A stretch of 64,000 nucleotides of DNA from an uncultured Candidatus Saccharibacteria bacterium (GCA_964601615.1 CAZRNZ010000001.1:71658-135657), one strand, 5' to 3'; shown: positions 8,740-17,898, counted from the stretch's first letter. The notes: generated by a model not told the origin, from the sequence alone. Numbers and translations: made by a program.

Positions 8740-9555
8740 ATGAAATTTATTTTCTTTGGAACACCATATGTAGCAAGGGATACTCTGGAAGCACTTCTAG
8801 AGAATGGTTTTAAGCCTGAGTTGGTAGTAAGTAATCCGGATGCGCCGCGCGGGCGTGGTCGCGTGATGACTCCGAGTGAAACTAAGGTTTTGGCAGAACA
8901 ACACAATTTGCCTGTGTACACGCCTATGCGGCTAGATGCTGAAGCTGTAGCAGAAATTAAGAAATACAATTGCGATTTTGCTATTGTGGTTGCTTACGGG
9001 AAAATCTTGCCACAAAGTTTGCTCGATATATTTCCGAAAGGAGTTTTTAATATCCATTATTCTTTGCTGCCAAAATATCGTGGCGCCTCACCAGTGGAAA
9101 CTGCACTTTTAAATAATGATGCTGAAACTGGAGTAACTATCCAAAAGATGGTTTTAGCAATGGATGCTGGTGATATTTTGGCACAAGAAAAAGTTGATGT
9201 TTTAAATGATGACAACACTACTTCCTTGCGTAAAAGATTAATTGATTTAGGGAATGAAATGTTAATAAAGGTTTTACCGGATATTCAAAGTGGAAATCTA
9301 GATTTGGTTCCTCAGGATTCTGATACTGTTTCTTTTGCTTCCAAGATGAAAAAGGAAGATGGGCTTATTTCTTTTGAAGATTCTGATTTAGAAAATTGGA
9401 GCAAATACCGAGCCTATGTTGAATGGCCAGGAACTTATTTTTTTGAGAACGGTAAAAGAATCAAAATTACTAAAGCTCACTTTGACAATGGAAAGTTTAT
9501 GATAGACAGAGTTATTCCTGAAGGTAAAAAAGAGATGGATTATAGGAGAGATTAA
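8740..9555 (+). CDS. fmt: methionyl-tRNA formyltransferase
   Basis: MKFIFFGTPYVARDTLEALLENGFKPELVVSNPDAPRGRG... The ATG at 8740 sits 1 nt after the def stop. The track ORF begins further upstream in the same frame inside def. Confidence 0.85.
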   Translation: MKFIFFGTPYVARDTLEALLENGFKPELVVSNPDAPRGRGRVMTPSETKVLAEQHNLPVYTPMRLDAEAVAEIKKYNCDFAIVVAYGKILPQSLLDIFPKGVFNIHYSLLPKYRGASPVETALLNNDAETGVTIQKMVLAMDAGDILAQEKVDVLNDDNTTSLRKRLIDLGNEMLIKVLPDIQSGNLDLVPQDSDTVSFASKMKKEDGLISFEDSDLENWSKYRAYVEWPGTYFFENGKRIKITKAHFDNGKFMIDRVIPEGKKEMDYRRD

Positions 9556-9592
9556 ACAAAACAGGCGCGCCCGAAGGGCGCGCCTGTTTTAT
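9556..9592. terminator. bidirectional intrinsic terminator AAAACAGGCGCGCCC-GAA-GGGCGCGCCTGTTTT (GAA-triloop hairpin family)
   Basis: 11-bp GC arms, GAA loop, A4/T4 flanks. Lies between convergent fmt and hpf. Confidence 0.8.
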
Positions 9593-9594
9593 CT

Positions 9595-9960
9595 CTACCG
9601 ATTCCAAATCATCATTTCTTTTATCTTTCTTGCTCCCCTTTTAAACAAAGTCTCTCTCTTTCCTTGAACACTTTGTAGTTTGTTCCAAAGTTCTTCTTTA
9701 GCTTTATCTAAAGCTTTTTCAAATGTTTCATCGGTAGCTTCGGTTCTGTGTAGATCTCCGTTAATCTGAAGATTTATTTCTACACGATGAATATTACCTT
9801 GATTGTGATGATTAGTAATTTTTTCAAATTCTAAATCACAAATTGAATGTGCCTCGCCAATAAATTTGCTAAGAGTAGATAATTTATTTTCAGCAATTAT
9901 CTTTAGATTTTCATCTACCTCAGCGTTAGTAATTTTGAAATTGATATTTGGAAATGACAT
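9595..9960 (-). CDS. hpf: ribosome hibernation-promoting factor (HPF/RaiA family)
   Basis: 121 aa. ...RVEINLQINGDLHRTEATDETFEKALDKAKEELWNKLQ... is typical of YfiA/HPF. Confidence 0.75.
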   Translation of the reverse strand: MSFPNINFKITNAEVDENLKIIAENKLSTLSKFIGEAHSICDLEFEKITNHHNQGNIHRVEINLQINGDLHRTEATDETFEKALDKAKEELWNKLQSVQGKRETLFKRGARKIKEMMIWNR

Positions 9961-9978
9961 AAAAAACTCATTAAATTA

Positions 9979-10203
9979 TTAATCAGTCTCAACAGAAAAC
10001 ATTTTGCTTAAAGAACGATGTCCACTTATTATTTTAACCTTTCCTTTCTGTAAACCAAGCTCATCAGCTAAAAGTTGCCTTACTCGAGTATTTGCCATAT
10101 TCCTCTCGGCAGGTTCTTTTACTTGAATTTTATAAGAAATATCACTTTCTTTAATAACCCTTTCTTTTTTGGAGTCAGGCGTTACCTTCACTTTTATGTG
10201 CAT
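9979..10203 (-). CDS. DUF167 (YggU-like) protein
   Basis: 74 aa. VKVTPDSKKERV...QVKEPAERNMANTRVRQLLADELGLQKGKVKIISGHRSLSKM matches the YggU/UPF0235 pattern. Confidence 0.6.
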   Translation of the reverse strand: MHIKVKVTPDSKKERVIKESDISYKIQVKEPAERNMANTRVRQLLADELGLQKGKVKIISGHRSLSKMFSVETD

Positions 10204-10432
10204 AATTCTTTTGTAGATACTCGATTATGTCATCTGATTCGTACATTTCTGTACCAGTATCTTCATCAACTAAATAAGGAACTTGACGCTTGCCACCACG
10301 ATTAATCAATTCTTCAGCTAGGCCCGAGTCTGAATTTATGTCGAGTAAAGTAAGTTGAACTCCCATGCTTTCACAGGCAGATAATACTTTCTGACAATAT
10401 GGACAAGTTGGTTTGTAGTAAAGAGTAAGTAT
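10175..10432 (-). CDS. glutaredoxin (CPYC active site); start codon uncertain
   Basis: The track ORF starts at ATG 10366. The in-frame codons just upstream encode LTLYYKPTCPYCQKVLSACES, a glutaredoxin N-terminus with the CPYC motif. Between the upstream TAA (10441-10439) and CPYC there is no ATG, GTG or TTG; ATA (10432-10430) and CTT are the only options. Confidence 0.5.
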   Translation of the reverse strand: MLTLYYKPTCPYCQKVLSACESMGVQLTLLDINSDSGLAEELINRGGKRQVPYLVDEDTGTEMYESDDIIEYLQKNYAHKSEGNA

Positions 10433-10583
10433 GTTTAGTTATTTATTTCTGCGTTTGATGTTTCTTTTTCTTGCGCAGGTGCGTGTGCACGTTCTATTAA
10501 TAAATACGCTGCAATGAAAATTGCTAAAAATGTTAGACCGAGTAATGCATAGGCACTTCTCATACTTTTGTATTATACATAAA

Positions 10584-11447
10584 TTATTTCTGGCAACTAG
10601 GGCAAAAATGCGTACCTCGACCAGCAACTCGGGTTTTTTGAATAGCTTCGCCACATTTTAGGCAAGGTTTTCCTTGACGAGCAAAAACTTTCAGTTTTGC
10701 AGTGTAGTTTCCTTTGTTCCCTGTGGAATCCTTAAAAGACTGGAAGGTTGTACCACCGCTTAAAATAGCTTCTTCTAGGACTTTAGCAGCTTCTTTGGCT
10801 AGACTTTTGGCTTCAGCAAGAGATAACGAATTAGATTTTCGGTCAGGTAGGATGTGGGATCGAAATAGTGATTCATCAACATAAATATTACCTAAACCAG
10901 CTATGAAAGTTTGATCTAATAATTTGGCCTTGATACTTTGCCCACTTTTTTGTAGTCCTTGGTAAAAATAATCAAAGTCAAAAGATTTTGCGTGTGGTTC
11001 AGGACCGAAGCGGGCACGAGCAAAGCCCATGCTTTCTTTGTCGACAACCTCCAAATAACCAAATATTCTTTGGTCATTGAAATAAAGCGTTGTTCCGTTA
11101 CTAAAATTTATTATTACTCTAGTGTGTCTGTTGGGTAAGGTGTGGTCATGCGGTGTTTCGTGTCCACCTTGCGCTTTTACCTTTCCTTTATTATCTACAA
11201 CAAAAAGCTGTCCTGTCATACGAAGGTGAGAAAGTAGAAACAAATCCTCTTTTTCTTTAAATGAAAAAATTAGTAGTTTACCAACTCGGTCTATATCTTT
11301 GATAGTTAATCCAAGTAACTTTCTACTAAAACCAGCATCGTTTTTAACCGATTTTTTATTTAGAACTTCAATTTTCTCAATCGACTTATTTTTGAGTCTT
11401 TGCCAAAGTTGTACTCGGACTGTTTCTACTTCTGGTAATTCGGGCAT
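10584..11447 (-). CDS. mutM: formamidopyrimidine-DNA glycosylase
   Basis: N-terminal PELPEVE with catalytic Pro2, H2TH, and a C-terminal zinc finger CLKCGEAIQKTRVAGRGTHFCPSCQ. Confidence 0.85.
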   Translation of the reverse strand: MPELPEVETVRVQLWQRLKNKSIEKIEVLNKKSVKNDAGFSRKLLGLTIKDIDRVGKLLIFSFKEKEDLFLLSHLRMTGQLFVVDNKGKVKAQGGHETPHDHTLPNRHTRVIINFSNGTTLYFNDQRIFGYLEVVDKESMGFARARFGPEPHAKSFDFDYFYQGLQKSGQSIKAKLLDQTFIAGLGNIYVDESLFRSHILPDRKSNSLSLAEAKSLAKEAAKVLEEAILSGGTTFQSFKDSTGNKGNYTAKLKVFARQGKPCLKCGEAIQKTRVAGRGTHFCPSCQK

Positions 11448-11493
11448 GGTTATTAAGTTTTAGCACTTTTTTGGTGATTATAGCAAAAACTGC

Positions 11494-12795
11494 ATGTTAC
11501 GATATATAGTGAATATAAATAATATGAAAGAACCAGATTTTCCCGAATTCGATATAAATTCAATCGCTAGTGACATTGCCAGAAATACCGAAGATCGAAT
11601 TCCACAGTTTCGCTCGCTACCGCTCGCTACTCGCAGCATGGTTTTTAATATTCTCTCACCAAATCTGCGACAAGAGATTTTATCTGAACTTTCTTTTAAC
11701 GAGGCAGTAGAACTGCTTGATCACTTGGACTTACGTCGTGTACATCACATTCTTTCCAAGATGAAAGATAAGCGTAGAAAAGACAGATTAGTTCGTCGTA
11801 TTAAAAGCGACCGTTTTGAAAAAATAGAATACTTCCTTCAGTTTTATCCAGACGCAAGTATTTCTTTAGTGCATTTGAACTATGTTTATTTGCCGGAAGA
11901 TTCTACTATTGGCGACACTGCTGTTGTAATAGAAGATCATATAAAAAATACCGGGAAAATTCCGGTTATTTTGGTTTCTAGAAACGGAGAGCTTGTTGGT
12001 GAAATCGGTTTTAGTACTTTAGTAAAAGAAAGAAATACAGCAAAACTTCGAAATCATTTTCATGAAGTTAAAGCTGTGGCTTTTAATGAAGACAAGGAAA
12101 AGATTCTGTCCTTATTTACTTCATCATCTCACGAGAAGGTTGTGATAACTGATATTGATGGCAGTGTTATTGGCTTGGTGTATTCTGATGATGTCTTGGA
12201 TATGATGGAGTCTCAACCAGCAGTTTCTCTTTACAACTTCGCTAGCGTTGAGTCGAGCGAAAGACCATTTGATGGACCGTTAAATAAAGTAAAAGGACGT
12301 TATAAGTGGCTAATTATAAATTTGTTTACTTGTTTTCTAGCTGCTGGAGTTGTCTCAACTTTTGAGAATGCTATTGATAAGTTTGTAGTTTTAGCTGTAC
12401 TTATGCCGATTGTGAGTGGGATGGGTGGAAACGCAGCTACACAGACTCTAGCAGTAATGGTTCGAGGTATTGCTATTGGTGAAATAAATCTAAAGAATGC
12501 TCGTCCAGCAATTATCAATGAAGTTCTAGCAGGATTGATGAATGGACTTTTGACAGGACTTATTTTAATTCCAGTAGTTATGCTGATGGGGATGCACTGG
12601 TCCGTCGCTTTACTTGGTGCTGGTGCGGTAGTGTTTGGTTTGGTAATCGCTGGTTTCTTTGGAGCAATAATGCCTCTTATTCTTAAACACTTTGGTAAAG
12701 ACCCGGCTACATCAGCGGGAATACTTATATCTACAGCCAATGATGTTTTGGTCTATTTGTTCTTGCTTGGTTTGGCTACTATCTTTTTCTTATAA
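11494..12795 (+). CDS. mgtE: magnesium transporter MgtE
   Basis: MgtE N-domain, CBS pair, and C-terminal TM domain with PIVSGMGGNAATQTLAVMVRGIA. Confidence 0.85.
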   Translation: MLRYIVNINNMKEPDFPEFDINSIASDIARNTEDRIPQFRSLPLATRSMVFNILSPNLRQEILSELSFNEAVELLDHLDLRRVHHILSKMKDKRRKDRLVRRIKSDRFEKIEYFLQFYPDASISLVHLNYVYLPEDSTIGDTAVVIEDHIKNTGKIPVILVSRNGELVGEIGFSTLVKERNTAKLRNHFHEVKAVAFNEDKEKILSLFTSSSHEKVVITDIDGSVIGLVYSDDVLDMMESQPAVSLYNFASVESSERPFDGPLNKVKGRYKWLIINLFTCFLAAGVVSTFENAIDKFVVLAVLMPIVSGMGGNAATQTLAVMVRGIAIGEINLKNARPAIINEVLAGLMNGLLTGLILIPVVMLMGMHWSVALLGAGAVVFGLVIAGFFGAIMPLILKHFGKDPATSAGILISTANDVLVYLFLLGLATIFFL

Positions 12796-12796
12796 A

Positions 12797-12832
12797 AGAA
12801 AAAGCCTTCTCGTTAGAGAAGGCTTTTATTTT
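12797..12832. terminator. intrinsic terminator AAAGCCTTCTC-GTTA-GAGAAGGCTTTTATTTT
   Basis: 11-bp stem plus T-run after mgtE. Confidence 0.7.
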
Positions 12833-13127
12833 ATGCTGCCGTCGAAACCAGTTGCAGAGCCGGTTTTTGACTCTCGAAATTGTGAACGGCTTCAGTCAAA
12901 AAGCGAAAGGTCGGTTCGACGAAAGTGGGGTCACCACCAGTGCCGATATTGTCGAGTTTCGACTTCGTGACAGAAATCATATTGTCGATATATTCACTAC
13001 CGATAGAAACAGTGGCAGAAATATCTCTGACGTATTTAGCAGACTCCATACTCTCAGGTCCGCCGAAATCAATGGAAGTAATCTGGCGAGTGAGATATTC
13101 GTGGAAGGCTACAAGTTTCGATGACAT
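12831..13127 (-). CDS. hypothetical protein (98 aa)
   Basis: Minus-strand ORF preceded by AAAAGAGG about 10 nt upstream of the ATG. Two antisense ORFs on the + strand over the same region are probably spurious. Confidence 0.4.
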   Translation of the reverse strand: MSSKLVAFHEYLTRQITSIDFGGPESMESAKYVRDISATVSIGSEYIDNMISVTKSKLDNIGTGGDPTFVEPTFRFLTEAVHNFESQKPALQLVSTAA

Positions 13128-13244
13128 CTAAAAAGAACCTCTTTTTTCCTAGACTATTCTAGGCTGCAGATTTTTAACACGTTTTTAATAAAAAGTCAAA
13201 AGTCAGTTTTACTGTAGGTAAAACTGACTTTTTACAAAGATTCT

Positions 13245-13637
13245 CTATTCACTAGTTACACCGTCGAAGTGCTCATCATCACCTTCCGCATCTTCTTTGG
13301 TTTTGTGAATTATTCTATCTTTGTGGTCTGGCGGAGTATAAAGTGTGTAGAGTTTCATTACTGTATCACCAGTGTTTATAATATTATGTTTCATACCAGC
13401 TGGTACAATTATCGCGCTCCCATCTTCAATTTTATGGGCTTGGTCATTTAAAATTGTTTGCCCTTGCCCTTGTTCAACTCGAAGGAATTGATCAACATCA
13501 TGCACCTCTTCCCCGATATCTTCTCCTGGCAAAAGTGACATTATTACAAGCTGGCAGTTTTTTGAAGTGTACAAAACTTCTCGAAAATTATTATTTTCTA
13601 GAGAAAGTTTTTCAATATTTTCTATATATCCTTTCAT
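13245..13637 (-). CDS. cupin-domain protein
   Basis: Cupin motifs GEDIGEEVHDVDQFLRVEQG and PAGMKHNIINTG. The downstream hairpin AAAGTCAGTTTTAC..GTAAAACTGACTTT at about 13197-13236 is its terminator. Confidence 0.6.
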   Translation of the reverse strand: MKGYIENIEKLSLENNNFREVLYTSKNCQLVIMSLLPGEDIGEEVHDVDQFLRVEQGQGQTILNDQAHKIEDGSAIIVPAGMKHNIINTGDTVMKLYTLYTPPDHKDRIIHKTKEDAEGDDEHFDGVTSE

Positions 13638-13703
13638 GATTCATATTGTAACATCATGCAAAAAATAGCTTGCTACTTTTTAAATAAGTTTTAAAATCAG
13701 ATT

Positions 13704-14213
13704 ATGTCAAACTACATAAAAACTCCAGCTTTCATATTTTTTGTGTTGGTAGTTATTGGTGGTGCTTATATTTACTTTCTTGAGAACAACAAAAAATACC
13801 CCGTTGTACCATCTGAAGATATTGAAATAGAAAAAATAAATATTAACAAAAATGGATACTCTTTTAGTTATCCTAAAAATGTAGATGGTGATTATCTGCG
13901 TTTAATTTCTGACCCAGAAATTACAGTTTTAAGTAATGATTTTATTTGTTTGGAAAGTATGCAAATGACTTCTATTCTAGGAAATCAATATTGTACTTCC
14001 ACTACGGAAGAAGGTGCTGCTGGAAGTATATTCAGTACTTATACTTATGTTTTTGATTCTTCAGACAAAAAATTAAGCTTAACTTTTACTACCAGAAAAC
14101 CACAGTGTTTAAATTATGATTCACCACAGGCTGATGAATGTCAAAAAGAAATATCTGTCTTTGACGCAGATAAACTATTTATTGTAGTAAAAAATTCTCT
14201 TAAATTTGATTAA
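13704..14213 (+). CDS. hypothetical N-terminally membrane-anchored protein
   Basis: TM helix FIFFVLVVIGGAYIYF followed by a Cys-containing extracytoplasmic region. Confidence 0.45.
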   Translation: MSNYIKTPAFIFFVLVVIGGAYIYFLENNKKYPVVPSEDIEIEKININKNGYSFSYPKNVDGDYLRLISDPEITVLSNDFICLESMQMTSILGNQYCTSTTEEGAAGSIFSTYTYVFDSSDKKLSLTFTTRKPQCLNYDSPQADECQKEISVFDADKLFIVVKNSLKFD

Positions 14214-14719
14214 GAATTAGACAATAATTCCTGTGGAATTACGAGTAGAGTTTTTGTTACTTCTACAGAAGGTTGTTCTGACATTGGATCATTTTCTTTG
14301 CGGTCCTTGTATGTTATCTCAACTGCACCAGTACCTTCCAAAATATTTGTTTTTGTTGGAATTATCCTGTCACCAACAAAGAACGCATTGGTTGGTGAGT
14401 AATTATTTTTTCCGTCATTTATAGCTGCTACAACATAGTAAAAAGTTCCACTCCCACCTCCATCGTTGGTTATCCAAAAAACAACATCTTCTTTTCCATC
14501 GTTATTTAAATCCCCTATATCTTCGTTTCCAAAATAACGTACTGTACCACTATTAGTTATAGAAATTCCGTCAGTCAAAGTGATTTTTTTATCATCTAGA
14601 AAAAAGGTTGAATTTCTTGGTATAAATTCTTCTGTGTCAGACAAGAAGAAAAACTTAATCCCAAAGAAGGTTGCTATTATTAAAACTATAGCGACAACTA
14701 TTAAAATAATTTTTTTCAT
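14210..14719 (-). CDS. hypothetical secreted/anchored protein with an FG-GAP-like Ca-binding motif
   Basis: Signal/anchor MKKIILIVVAIVLIIATFF and a DLNNDGKEDVV motif. It converges on the previous gene with overlapping stop codons (TTAA at 14210-14213). Confidence 0.5.
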   Translation of the reverse strand: MKKIILIVVAIVLIIATFFGIKFFFLSDTEEFIPRNSTFFLDDKKITLTDGISITNSGTVRYFGNEDIGDLNNDGKEDVVFWITNDGGGSGTFYYVVAAINDGKNNYSPTNAFFVGDRIIPTKTNILEGTGAVEITYKDRKENDPMSEQPSVEVTKTLLVIPQELLSNS

Positions 14720-14849
14720 AATTTAGATATCTTACTTAATTATGATTATAACCAATAAAATTATTAAGATCATAAAGATATAAACAGTCATTGTTTTTCA
14801 TATAAATATTAAGTATTATCAAGGTATATTTACTAGTTAAAATTTATCT

Positions 14850-15737
14850 ATGGAAATAATTCTTTCAATTTTGTCCCCTTTTATCTTGGCAATATTAATT
14901 TGGCTGGTTGCAACTTCCATTTTTATTGTTCGTGGTAAAACAGCGGCTGTGCTTGAGACTTTTGGTAAGCCTCATAAGCATGCACGCCTTTCTGGTTTGC
15001 AATTTAAATACCCGTGGCCATTTACAATCGTGCGTGCCAGGGTAAATCTGCAACTGCAAGAAATTAGAGCTGATGTATCTATTAAGACCAAGGACAATGC
15101 TTTTATGGTTTTGCCAGTTAAAGCACAGTATCGGGCAAGTGATAATCCAGAAGGTGCAGTTAAAGCACATTATGAATTAGAGAATCCTGAAACACAGATT
15201 ACTTCATATGTATTAAATAATGTTCGACAGACTGCTTCTGGAATGGATATGGTGGAACTATACGCTAATCGTGATGCGATGGAGCGTGAGGTACAAGATT
15301 CTCTGAGCGAACGTTTTGCTCGTTATGGTTATGTAATTGAGAATGTTTTGGTTGATGAGCCGCAGCCAAGTGTTGAGGTTCGTGATGCTTTCAATCGTGT
15401 TATTGCCTCTCAAAGATTGAAGGAAGCAGCTGAAAATGAAGCTGCTGCAGAAAGAATCAAGTTAGTAGGAATTGCACAGGCTGAAGCAGAAAGTAAGCGT
15501 CTGCAAGGTGAAGGAATGGCTCAGATGCGTGAAGCTGTAGCAAAAGGTCTTGAACAAGCTATGGCAACAATGACTCGTTCTGGATTAAGTGCTGAGCAAG
15601 CGATAGATTTTCTAAATGAAACTAACCGTCTAGATACAATTACCAATGCTGCCTCAAACGGCAATATGATTGTGGTAGATACGGCTGGAAATAAAAATAT
15701 TATCGATACTATTGCAGCAATAAAAGCAGTTAAATAG
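14850..15737 (+). CDS. SPFH/band-7 (stomatin/prohibitin-like) membrane protein
   Basis: N-terminal TM helix, then an SPFH domain and an Ala/Glu-rich coiled-coil tail. Confidence 0.8.
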   Translation: MEIILSILSPFILAILIWLVATSIFIVRGKTAAVLETFGKPHKHARLSGLQFKYPWPFTIVRARVNLQLQEIRADVSIKTKDNAFMVLPVKAQYRASDNPEGAVKAHYELENPETQITSYVLNNVRQTASGMDMVELYANRDAMEREVQDSLSERFARYGYVIENVLVDEPQPSVEVRDAFNRVIASQRLKEAAENEAAAERIKLVGIAQAEAESKRLQGEGMAQMREAVAKGLEQAMATMTRSGLSAEQAIDFLNETNRLDTITNAASNGNMIVVDTAGNKNIIDTIAAIKAVK

Positions 15738-15744
15738 GATAAAC

Positions 15745-15777
15745 AAAAAACCGGACAATTTTATTGTCCGGTTTTTA
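15745..15777. terminator. bidirectional terminator AAAACCGGACAATTTTATTGTCCGGTTTT (copy 1 of a duplicated 29-nt element)
   Basis: Identical 29-mer recurs at 16149-16177. Confidence 0.75.
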
Positions 15778-15781
15778 TTAT

Positions 15782-16066
15782 TTAATTAAGCATTTCTGTC
15801 GGTGGTTTTTCCATCTCATTTTCTGAAAAAGTAGTTGGTACTATGGCAATGTTGTTAGTTTTGTTTTCTTTGCCTAATCTTCTAGCATCAACCCAGGCTT
15901 CTTCTGGGGATGAGAATGGTGGTCCGATTACGGTAACTTGAAGTGTTTCAATCTCCTCCTCTTCTTCTTCAGCAAGTTGATCAACTTCTTCCTGAAAGGA
16001 AGTTGTGTCGTCGCCAAAGATAAAGCAAATCCCCGACCAATTTTCAATTTTTACTGAATTTTTCAA
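15782..16066 (-). CDS. hypothetical acidic protein (94 aa)
   Basis: ORF bracketed by the two identical 29-nt hairpins; E-rich. Confidence 0.35.
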   Translation of the reverse strand: MKNSVKIENWSGICFIFGDDTTSFQEEVDQLAEEEEEEIETLQVTVIGPPFSSPEEAWVDARRLGKENKTNNIAIVPTTFSENEMEKPPTEMLN

Positions 16067-16148
16067 TCTCAGCTCCCTCTAAAAGAGAAACAGTTCTAAA
16101 TGCAAGATACCATTTATATTTATATAATTAAAGTTTTGTTTATATATT

Positions 16149-16177
16149 AAAACCGGACAATTTTATTGTCCGGTTTT
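16149..16177. terminator. bidirectional terminator, copy 2 of the 29-nt element
   Basis: Exact repeat of 15749-15777. Confidence 0.75.
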
Positions 16178-16194
16178 AATTTTTTATAAAGATT

Positions 16195-17604
16195 TTATTG
16201 CTTACTTAGTACGCTCTGTCTTGTTGCTGGACCAAATCTACCGTTTGCTGGCGATATACCATTGGCAATCTGATATTTTGCTACTGCTTGGCGTGTTTTT
16301 TCTGCAAAATAGTCAGTTTCAAGTCCAATAGAGCCAGCTCCACTCTCGCCTACAATAAATCCATTTTGATTTAGGAATTTTTGTAATGCTAATACATCAG
16401 GACCAGTATCTCCAACGTAGAGATCTCTATAAAATACTGGCTGTTTTGATTGTAGTTCTTTAATTTGTTTTTGTAATTCAACAATTAATTCAACAATTTT
16501 TTTGGTAAGTTCTTCTTTTTCAGAAGAAGAAAGATTTTCAATATTTTTTGCATCATTTAATATTTCCTGAATTTTCTTCCCTAGGTCTGTTTGTTCAAGC
16601 TCTGTTTGTTTTGCTGGATTTCTTGATCCTCCAGAACTACCACTGCTTTGAGGTTTTTTACTTATATCTATTGTATAAGTAAAAGTATTTTCTGGAGAAG
16701 TCTGGTTCATATCGCCCCAAATATAATTGTCTTCTACCTGACTATTCTTTAATGCTAAGTAAAATGTTATTCCATTATCAGCAAGTATTTTTGTTATGTT
16801 TTGTCCAAAATCAATATTCCATTTTCCGTTTTGGTAACTTGCAGTAATTCCTTCATTAAGAAATGAGTCTTTATGCCCGGGTGTGTTGCCATAAACACCA
16901 TCTCCATTCACTGCATAAAGATGAAATTCTGGCAGGGTTCCTTCTAGAGAGTGGTCAACTTCTAAGGAATATAAATCATAATTAGTAAAGTTACCAGCGT
17001 CTATACTCAACTTAAAACTCTCATTGTGCTTTAAGTTTATTATCCCTGAAGATGGGTATATTGAAGGATTATTTAATATTGGATTTGAAAGGTTGAAGAC
17101 AAAAGTATTAGTGCTTGGTGTAGTTTTTTCAAGTATTCCGTTTGAATCGTAACCTAATATTTTAGTGTATGTATCTGGATTTGGAATGTTATCTTCTAAA
17201 TTAGCTATAAGTAAGCCAGCAGAAATTTGTACATCCCCCGTTATTCCTCTTAGTTTATTTCCAAAACTGATGGTCCAACCATCAGTATCTGAATATGCCA
17301 CACTACCACCAGCATCAACAAAAGAATTGTATGTAGGACCCCCAACAGCAAGTGGTGTGATTTCATTTCCCCATGCCCAGAAATCTAAATCAGTATCAGC
17401 AACATTCTTTGGGTCAATATCTACTTCTAGGCCAATGATTTTACCTGGAGTAAGAGTTATTCCAGAAGGTTTAATATTAATTGTAAGGTTGTCATTAACA
17501 GTATTGCTAGAAGTTACCTCTATTGATTGAGCGCTTGCTATAAAAGCAAACATAAATGAAAAACTCGCCACGCCAATTAAGGTAATAAATCTTCTGTAAA
17601 ACAT
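16195..17604 (-). CDS. secreted protein with a C-terminal peptidoglycan-binding (PG_binding_1-like) domain
   Basis: Signal peptide MFYRRFITLIGVASFSFMFAFIASA. Central coiled coil. C-terminus DTGPDVLALQKFLNQNGF...FAEKTRQAVAKYQIANGISPANGRFGPATR is typical of PG-binding domain 1. Confidence 0.6.
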   Translation of the reverse strand: MFYRRFITLIGVASFSFMFAFIASAQSIEVTSSNTVNDNLTINIKPSGITLTPGKIIGLEVDIDPKNVADTDLDFWAWGNEITPLAVGGPTYNSFVDAGGSVAYSDTDGWTISFGNKLRGITGDVQISAGLLIANLEDNIPNPDTYTKILGYDSNGILEKTTPSTNTFVFNLSNPILNNPSIYPSSGIINLKHNESFKLSIDAGNFTNYDLYSLEVDHSLEGTLPEFHLYAVNGDGVYGNTPGHKDSFLNEGITASYQNGKWNIDFGQNITKILADNGITFYLALKNSQVEDNYIWGDMNQTSPENTFTYTIDISKKPQSSGSSGGSRNPAKQTELEQTDLGKKIQEILNDAKNIENLSSSEKEELTKKIVELIVELQKQIKELQSKQPVFYRDLYVGDTGPDVLALQKFLNQNGFIVGESGAGSIGLETDYFAEKTRQAVAKYQIANGISPANGRFGPATRQSVLSKQ

Positions 17605-17764
17605 AGTTCTGTATTTAAATATTAATCTTTTTTAGTTTAAAAGATTAAACAGGTATATCAACCTTAGTACTACACATATGGGCAGTAGTCTTAATTATCT
17701 TTCAGTTGTCAAGGAAAAGGGTGATGTTTTATAAAACACTCAATTTCTTGAGTGTTTTAAAATG

Positions 17765-17836
17765 CTCCCCGGGCAGGATTCGAACCTGCGACCAATCGAT
17801 TAACAGTCGACTGCTCTACCGCTGAGCTACCGAGGA
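17765..17836 (-). tRNA. tRNA-Asn (GTT)
   Basis: 72 nt. Acceptor TCCTCGG/CCGGGGA, D-loop AGCGGTA, anticodon arm GTCGA-CTGTTAA-TCGAT, T-arm GCAGG-TTCGAAT-CCTGC. CCA is not encoded. Confidence 0.8.
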
Positions 17837-17898
17837 ATTTACTTGTTTGACCAAGTGCACCTATTTTACAGAAAAATAAGATTGTTTCAATAGGGCTG

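Noticed and set aside
10439-10654. 71-aa track ORF overlapping the 3' end of mutM and the Grx upstream region
   Set aside because: It is out of frame with the real features (mutM C-terminus, the 42-aa membrane peptide, the Grx N-terminus), has no RBS, and is Cys/Arg-rich as expected for an antisense GC-rich hairpin region.
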